This document shows, piece after piece, positions 60,266 to 64,000 of a DNA stretch of 64,000 nucleotides. Each line of letters opens with the position of its first letter. The stretch's first letter is position 1. This DNA is from Microcoleus sp. (GTDB lineage: Bacteria > Cyanobacteriota > Cyanobacteriia > Cyanobacteriales > Microcoleaceae): positions 128,001 through 192,000 of the forward strand of contig JAYFMW010000020.1 in assembly GCA_042408215.1 (NCBI GenBank), read 5' to 3'. A program made the position numbers and the translations under genes. The notes under the pieces are model-generated. The model did not search any database, was not told the origin of the DNA, and saw nothing but the letters and a program-made list of their open reading frames with translations.

Positions 60266-61129
60266 CTACTTTTTGATCGAATGAGCTTTGTAGAAAGTTT
60301 CGAGGCTCTGTCTGTCGCCCACGAACCGCCAGTGCCAAGGCTCGTAACTAACTCCTTGGCGATTGTTTTTGGGGAACGACAGTTCAAAGCTAAATGTTGT
60401 TGCATTAGCTTCTAGCCACTTGAATGCTGGGGTATTTTCAAAGCTTTGACTCAGGTTACTGTCTGGGGAACTGCCATCGCCGAGGTCGATCGCGTAACCG
60501 GTGTGGTGTTCGCTGTACCCTGGAGGGGCGCTGACTTCGGCTCGCTTGCTGACATTTTGCTTGCGTTCGGCTTTCACGTCAAAAAATACGTGTTGTTGGT
60601 CTTCGAGGGAACGAAAGCCAGATATGGGAGCAAAATATATGCCGGAGGCGGCTGCGGCATTCACCATGTCCTGATATTTGGCTGCTGCTGAGGAGCGGAG
60701 TTTGACTGCGCCGTCGGGGGTGACGGCTACCAAGTCTGAGGCTGGTGCTTCTTGGTATGGCAAGTGTCCCAGCAGGTTGTCTGGGGTGACTGGGCCGGAT
60801 TTGCCAGTTGTTGATTTAGCAACTGGACTTGTCGCCGATGGCGAAGCAGAGCTGGCTGGTGCTGGGTTTTGTTCAGTTTGCTCTGCCCGACTGGTGGCTG
60901 GGAAAAAATTAAAGTTGAGGTGCAGCCAAATGCTGACCCCAAAGGCTAGTACGCCCAACCCAGCCAGTTTCCAAATCAGTCTTTTTTTCTGAGACTGACT
61001 CGGCTTGGCTTCTGGGTATGGGTTGTCTCGCACTGCTTCTGGAATTTCATCGGCGCCAAACTCTGAGGTGGGCGACGGTTTTCTCGACAGACTAGCGTTA
61101 TCCAAGCCAGCTCCACTCCTGCACTTCAA
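60266..61129 (-). CDS. D-alanyl-D-alanine carboxypeptidase (VanY, M15B)
   Basis: ISGFRS, SAPPGYSEHHTGYAID, YEPWHWRFVG; N-terminal TM anchor. Confidence 0.92.
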   Translation of the reverse strand: MKCRSGAGLDNASLSRKPSPTSEFGADEIPEAVRDNPYPEAKPSQSQKKRLIWKLAGLGVLAFGVSIWLHLNFNFFPATSRAEQTEQNPAPASSASPSATSPVAKSTTGKSGPVTPDNLLGHLPYQEAPASDLVAVTPDGAVKLRSSAAAKYQDMVNAAAASGIYFAPISGFRSLEDQQHVFFDVKAERKQNVSKRAEVSAPPGYSEHHTGYAIDLGDGSSPDSNLSQSFENTPAFKWLEANATTFSFELSFPKNNRQGVSYEPWHWRFVGDRQSLETFYKAHSIKK

Positions 61130-61268
61130 TAAGGCTCAACGTTAAAAATTGTAGACCGATCTGGGCGATCGAGTATCTACAATTGCCGCCCTTGATTATA
61201 TATCTATTCTTTCTGCTTGCCGATCGACTTCCGGGCCCATGCTTGAATCTGTGATGTTGCGGGATTTG

Positions 61269-61490
61269 CTAGTGTTCCACAAAATCCAACAACTCTTCGA
61301 TGGAAACATCAAAAGTCCGCGCCAATTTTACCAGAGCACCGATGTCAGCCATTGCCATACCGGGCGATCGCGCATAACTTTTCACCGTATTGTAGGATAC
61401 CCCGGAGCGATCGGCTACTTCCTTCAGCGTCCAGCCTTCCCTCTGGGCAAACTCTCTAATCCGCAATTTAACCAATTCTCCTCTTGACAT
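61269..61490 (-). CDS. XRE-family HTH regulator
   Basis: LRIREFAQREGWTLKEVADRSGVSYNTVKSY...KLARTFDVSIEEL. Confidence 0.9.
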   Translation of the reverse strand: MSRGELVKLRIREFAQREGWTLKEVADRSGVSYNTVKSYARSPGMAMADIGALVKLARTFDVSIEELLDFVEH

Positions 61491-61513
61491 AATGGTGAAT
61501 TTTCACCTATACT
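61484..61513 (+). promoter_or_regulatory. Sigma70-type promoter with operator palindrome in spacer
   Basis: TTGACA (61484-89) N18 TATACT (61508-13); GGTGAATTTTCACC at 61494-61507. Confidence 0.65.
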
Positions 61514-61560
61514 GTATATGAGATTGAAAGCGCCCACGACCGAAACCTTTATGATGCCAC

Positions 61561-61782
61561 CTAATCTTCCACCACATCAAACAAATCTTCAATCAACAGG
61601 TCAAAAGTTCGAGCTAATTTTTGCAGATGAGTAACGTCAACCGTTGCTAACCCTGGAGAACGAGCATAATTCTTAAGCGTGCTGTAGTGAACTCCCGATC
61701 GCTCAGAAACCTCTGTCAGAGTCCAACCCTTCTCGGCAGCTAGCTCTCGAATCCGCAACTTAACCAATCCCATTCTTGACAC
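61561..61782 (-). CDS. XRE-family HTH regulator (paralog of 61269-61490)
   Basis: LRIRELAAEKGWTLTEVSERSGVHYSTLKNY...KLARTFDLLIEDL. Confidence 0.9.
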   Translation of the reverse strand: MSRMGLVKLRIRELAAEKGWTLTEVSERSGVHYSTLKNYARSPGLATVDVTHLQKLARTFDLLIEDLFDVVED

Positions 61783-61805
61783 CTGGCCAGTATTGACCTT
61801 AAAAT
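61776..61805 (+). promoter_or_regulatory. Sigma70-type promoter with imperfect operator palindrome
   Basis: TTGACA (61776-81) N18 TAAAAT (61800-05); GGCCAGTATTGACC in spacer. Confidence 0.6.
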
Positions 61806-61892
61806 AGTTACATAATCATAAATAGCGATCGCCCCCCGGCATCTAAAACTGAAGAGCGAACAGCTATTTATTGAAATGACCGACAATTTGGC

Positions 61893-61980
61893 ATTCACCA
61901 ACAAAAAGTAGGATTCACCAACAAAAAGTAGGATTCACCCCAAATCAAGTCGCATTCACCCCAAAAAAGTCGGAGTCACC
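61893..61980 (+). repeat. Five ~20-bp direct repeats with ATTCACC core
   Basis: Cores at 61893, 61913, 61933, 61954 and 61974 (last is AGTCACC). Confidence 0.85.
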
Positions 61981-61984
61981 AACC

Positions 61985-62425
61985 ATGATACCAAAACAAA
62001 ACTCAGAAGCCAAGCAAATAAATCCACTAGCTCGCTTTGTCACCAAAGAAGCAGTTGCAAAAGTCTTGAAAGTCAAGCCAGAACAGATTCGCGAGATTCG
62101 CTGCTGGGCTTACATCATCCACGTTGTGGGAGTTGGCATCAGTCGATTTGTGAGTTACGCAGATATGCCGCCAATTTTAGGAGTCGAACCGCCGACACTG
62201 CAAGACTGCATCCGGTGGCGGAAACGCTGGAGAAGCACCCAACACCGAGCACCGATATTTTGGGTGGATTTTTATGAGGGAAAATTTCGGCAGTCTCGTA
62301 GTGTGGAAGAACTTTACAACTGGGGTAAATTGGTAGGTAGGATTAAGCATGGGTTATTATTATCTCAGGTCGAGTGGCTGCGGCATATTTATGGTGTAGT
62401 GAAAGAGTGTATTCAGGCTTTTTGA
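61985..62425 (+). CDS. Hypothetical basic, Trp-rich protein
   Basis: 146-aa ORF divergent from XRE pair; TKEAVAKVLKVKPEQI is a possible HTH-like start; no recognised family. Confidence 0.7.
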   Translation: MIPKQNSEAKQINPLARFVTKEAVAKVLKVKPEQIREIRCWAYIIHVVGVGISRFVSYADMPPILGVEPPTLQDCIRWRKRWRSTQHRAPIFWVDFYEGKFRQSRSVEELYNWGKLVGRIKHGLLLSQVEWLRHIYGVVKECIQAF

Positions 62426-62452
62426 GTTGAGTTTGTTTAGCCTTAATTAATT

Positions 62453-64000
62453 TCATTCGTGAGTAGAGCCATCTGGCATAATTGCACCGGTGAGTTTAGC
62501 ACTTTCCAAGTGAGCACCGCCTATTTTTGCATTTGTTAAGTTAGCGCCAGATAAGTCTGCACTCCTTAAATCTGCTGCGCGGAGGTCTGCTGAAATTAGG
62601 TCAGCACCACGCAGTTTTGCACGCATATAAATATGCTTGTCGCAAATCAGCTTCGGTTAAGTCTGCTGTAGTTAGATCGCACTTAGTAATCTTGCATCAT
62701 TCAAGTTAACCTGCCTCAAATTAGCTCCGCTCAAATTTGTGCGATCAAGGTTTGCTCCCTGAAGTTTGGCCCCACTCAAATTCGCATCTCTCAAATCGGA
62801 ATCATTCAATTGCGCTGAAATCAAATTAACACCTTGTAAATCGGCTCCCATCAAGTTAACACTGCTCAAGTCCCTACCACTTAGATCGGCATTTGGTAGC
62901 GATACATAAGGAGCAAGTAAATAAGCACCAGTTGTCACAGGATCGAAATCAGTAGGAAATAAAGTTGCTTGATTGCAAATCGCTCCTTGAAGCTGAATAC
63001 CCTTGAGATTTGCTCCATCAAGATTTGCTTCTAAAAGGTTAGTATTGCTCAGATTTGCATTCGTCAAATCAGCATTTATCATGTCTACTTTCCTCAAGTT
63101 TAGTCCGCTCAAGTTAGCTTGAATGAGGTTTGCACTGGTGAATTTTGTTCCTATGACTAAGTTTAGCACCGCTGAGGTTTGCACCGTTCAAATCGGCCTC
63201 ACTAAAATTTGCAGATTCTACGTTAGCTAATCTTAAGCTTGCTTTGCTTAATTTGGCTTTTTCTAGTTTAGCTGATTGTAAATTAGCCTGAGAAAGGTTG
63301 GCATTGACTAAGTTTGCTTGATTCAGATTGGCGCTGGATAAATTAGCCTGAGAAAGGTTGGCATTGGCTAAGTTTGCTTGATTCAGATTTGCGCTGGATA
63401 AATCAGCCTGAGAAAGGTTGGCATTGACCAAGTTTGCTTGATGCAGATTGGCACTGGATAAAGTAGCCTTAGAAAGGTTGACACCGCATAAATTCGCCTG
63501 ACTAAAATTTGTGCTATTAAAAATAGCATCTCTCATATCTGCTCCCTTCAAATTTGCCCCACTAAGATTTACACCTTGCCAATTAGCTTTATTCAAATTA
63601 GCTTTATTCAAATTAGCATTACTCAAATTAACACCAGAAGTTAGAGATATTCCGATCAAATCAGCACCAGCTAAATTAATCCCTGTAAAATCTCTTTCTC
63701 CCTCACTGTAACGCCGCAAAAACTCCTCAACACTAACCACAGGTTCCAGACATTCCTCAGACTCATCCTCCACATCCTCACAGCTATCCTCTAAAGCAAT
63801 ATCTTCAGCATCCGCCGCCAATCCTTCCAAATAATCCCCTCGATCCAAGTAATCCGAACTCGCGACAAACCGCCTTTCTATCTCCTCCTCATCTAATACT
63901 TCGCTGCTGTCGAATCGCTCAATTAATTGCTTGACAATTTGGCAATCATTGGTGCGGATTCCCACTTCTTTCTCGGCACTTTGGTCGCTATTCGTCAGCA
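62453..64000 (-). pseudogene. Pentapeptide-repeat protein, 5' end outside window, with three apparent frameshifts
   Basis: A(N/D)Lxx repeats continue across frames at ~63158, ~62679 and ~62627 to ...AKLTGAIMPDGSTHE* (TGA 62455-62453); frame is open to the window edge. Confidence 0.8.

Overview
Chromosomal window from a cyanobacterium. Abundant HIP1 (GCGATCGC), heptamer STRR arrays, REP/MITE-rich spacers and gene content suggest a filamentous Oscillatoriales-type organism (inference). From left to right: (1) a TetR-devB-devC...devA ABC exporter locus split by a ~10 kb opposite-strand block. The block encodes a sulfotransferase and a ~2,900-aa DUF4347/Gly-rich/14x114-aa-repeat/RTX surface protein, whose 5' in-frame stop lies at the exact centre of a 47-bp palindrome, so inverting the palindrome restores Leu. 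(2) An integrase-SAM-like/lambda-type lysozyme fusion, YihY and a CBS-less CNNM protein. (3) A surface-glycan cluster: sugar C-methyltransferase, GT/MT fusion, GDP-sugar dehydratase and a frameshifted ~2,270-aa GT9-GT2-GT4-GT41 protein. (4) ftsH3, eda, an L,D-transpeptidase, and an HTH-NB-ARC gene divergent from a secreted protein. (5) A stack of TA-like modules that have mostly lost the second gene. (6) Hsp70-like, DUF4079 and hydrolase genes. (7) An iron/zinc region: feoA-feoA-feoB-feoC, cupin-isiB-isiC-like, and a P1B ATPase, with a feoC+ATPase segmental duplication. (8) UbiG-like methyltransferase and GT2, acyltransferase, coaD-cdv3, VanY. (9) Two tandem XRE switch cassettes and a frameshifted pentapeptide-repeat gene running off the right edge. 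No rRNA, tRNA, CRISPR array or intact transposase was seen. Several small indels may be assembly errors. All family assignments are from motif recognition by eye, not database searches.
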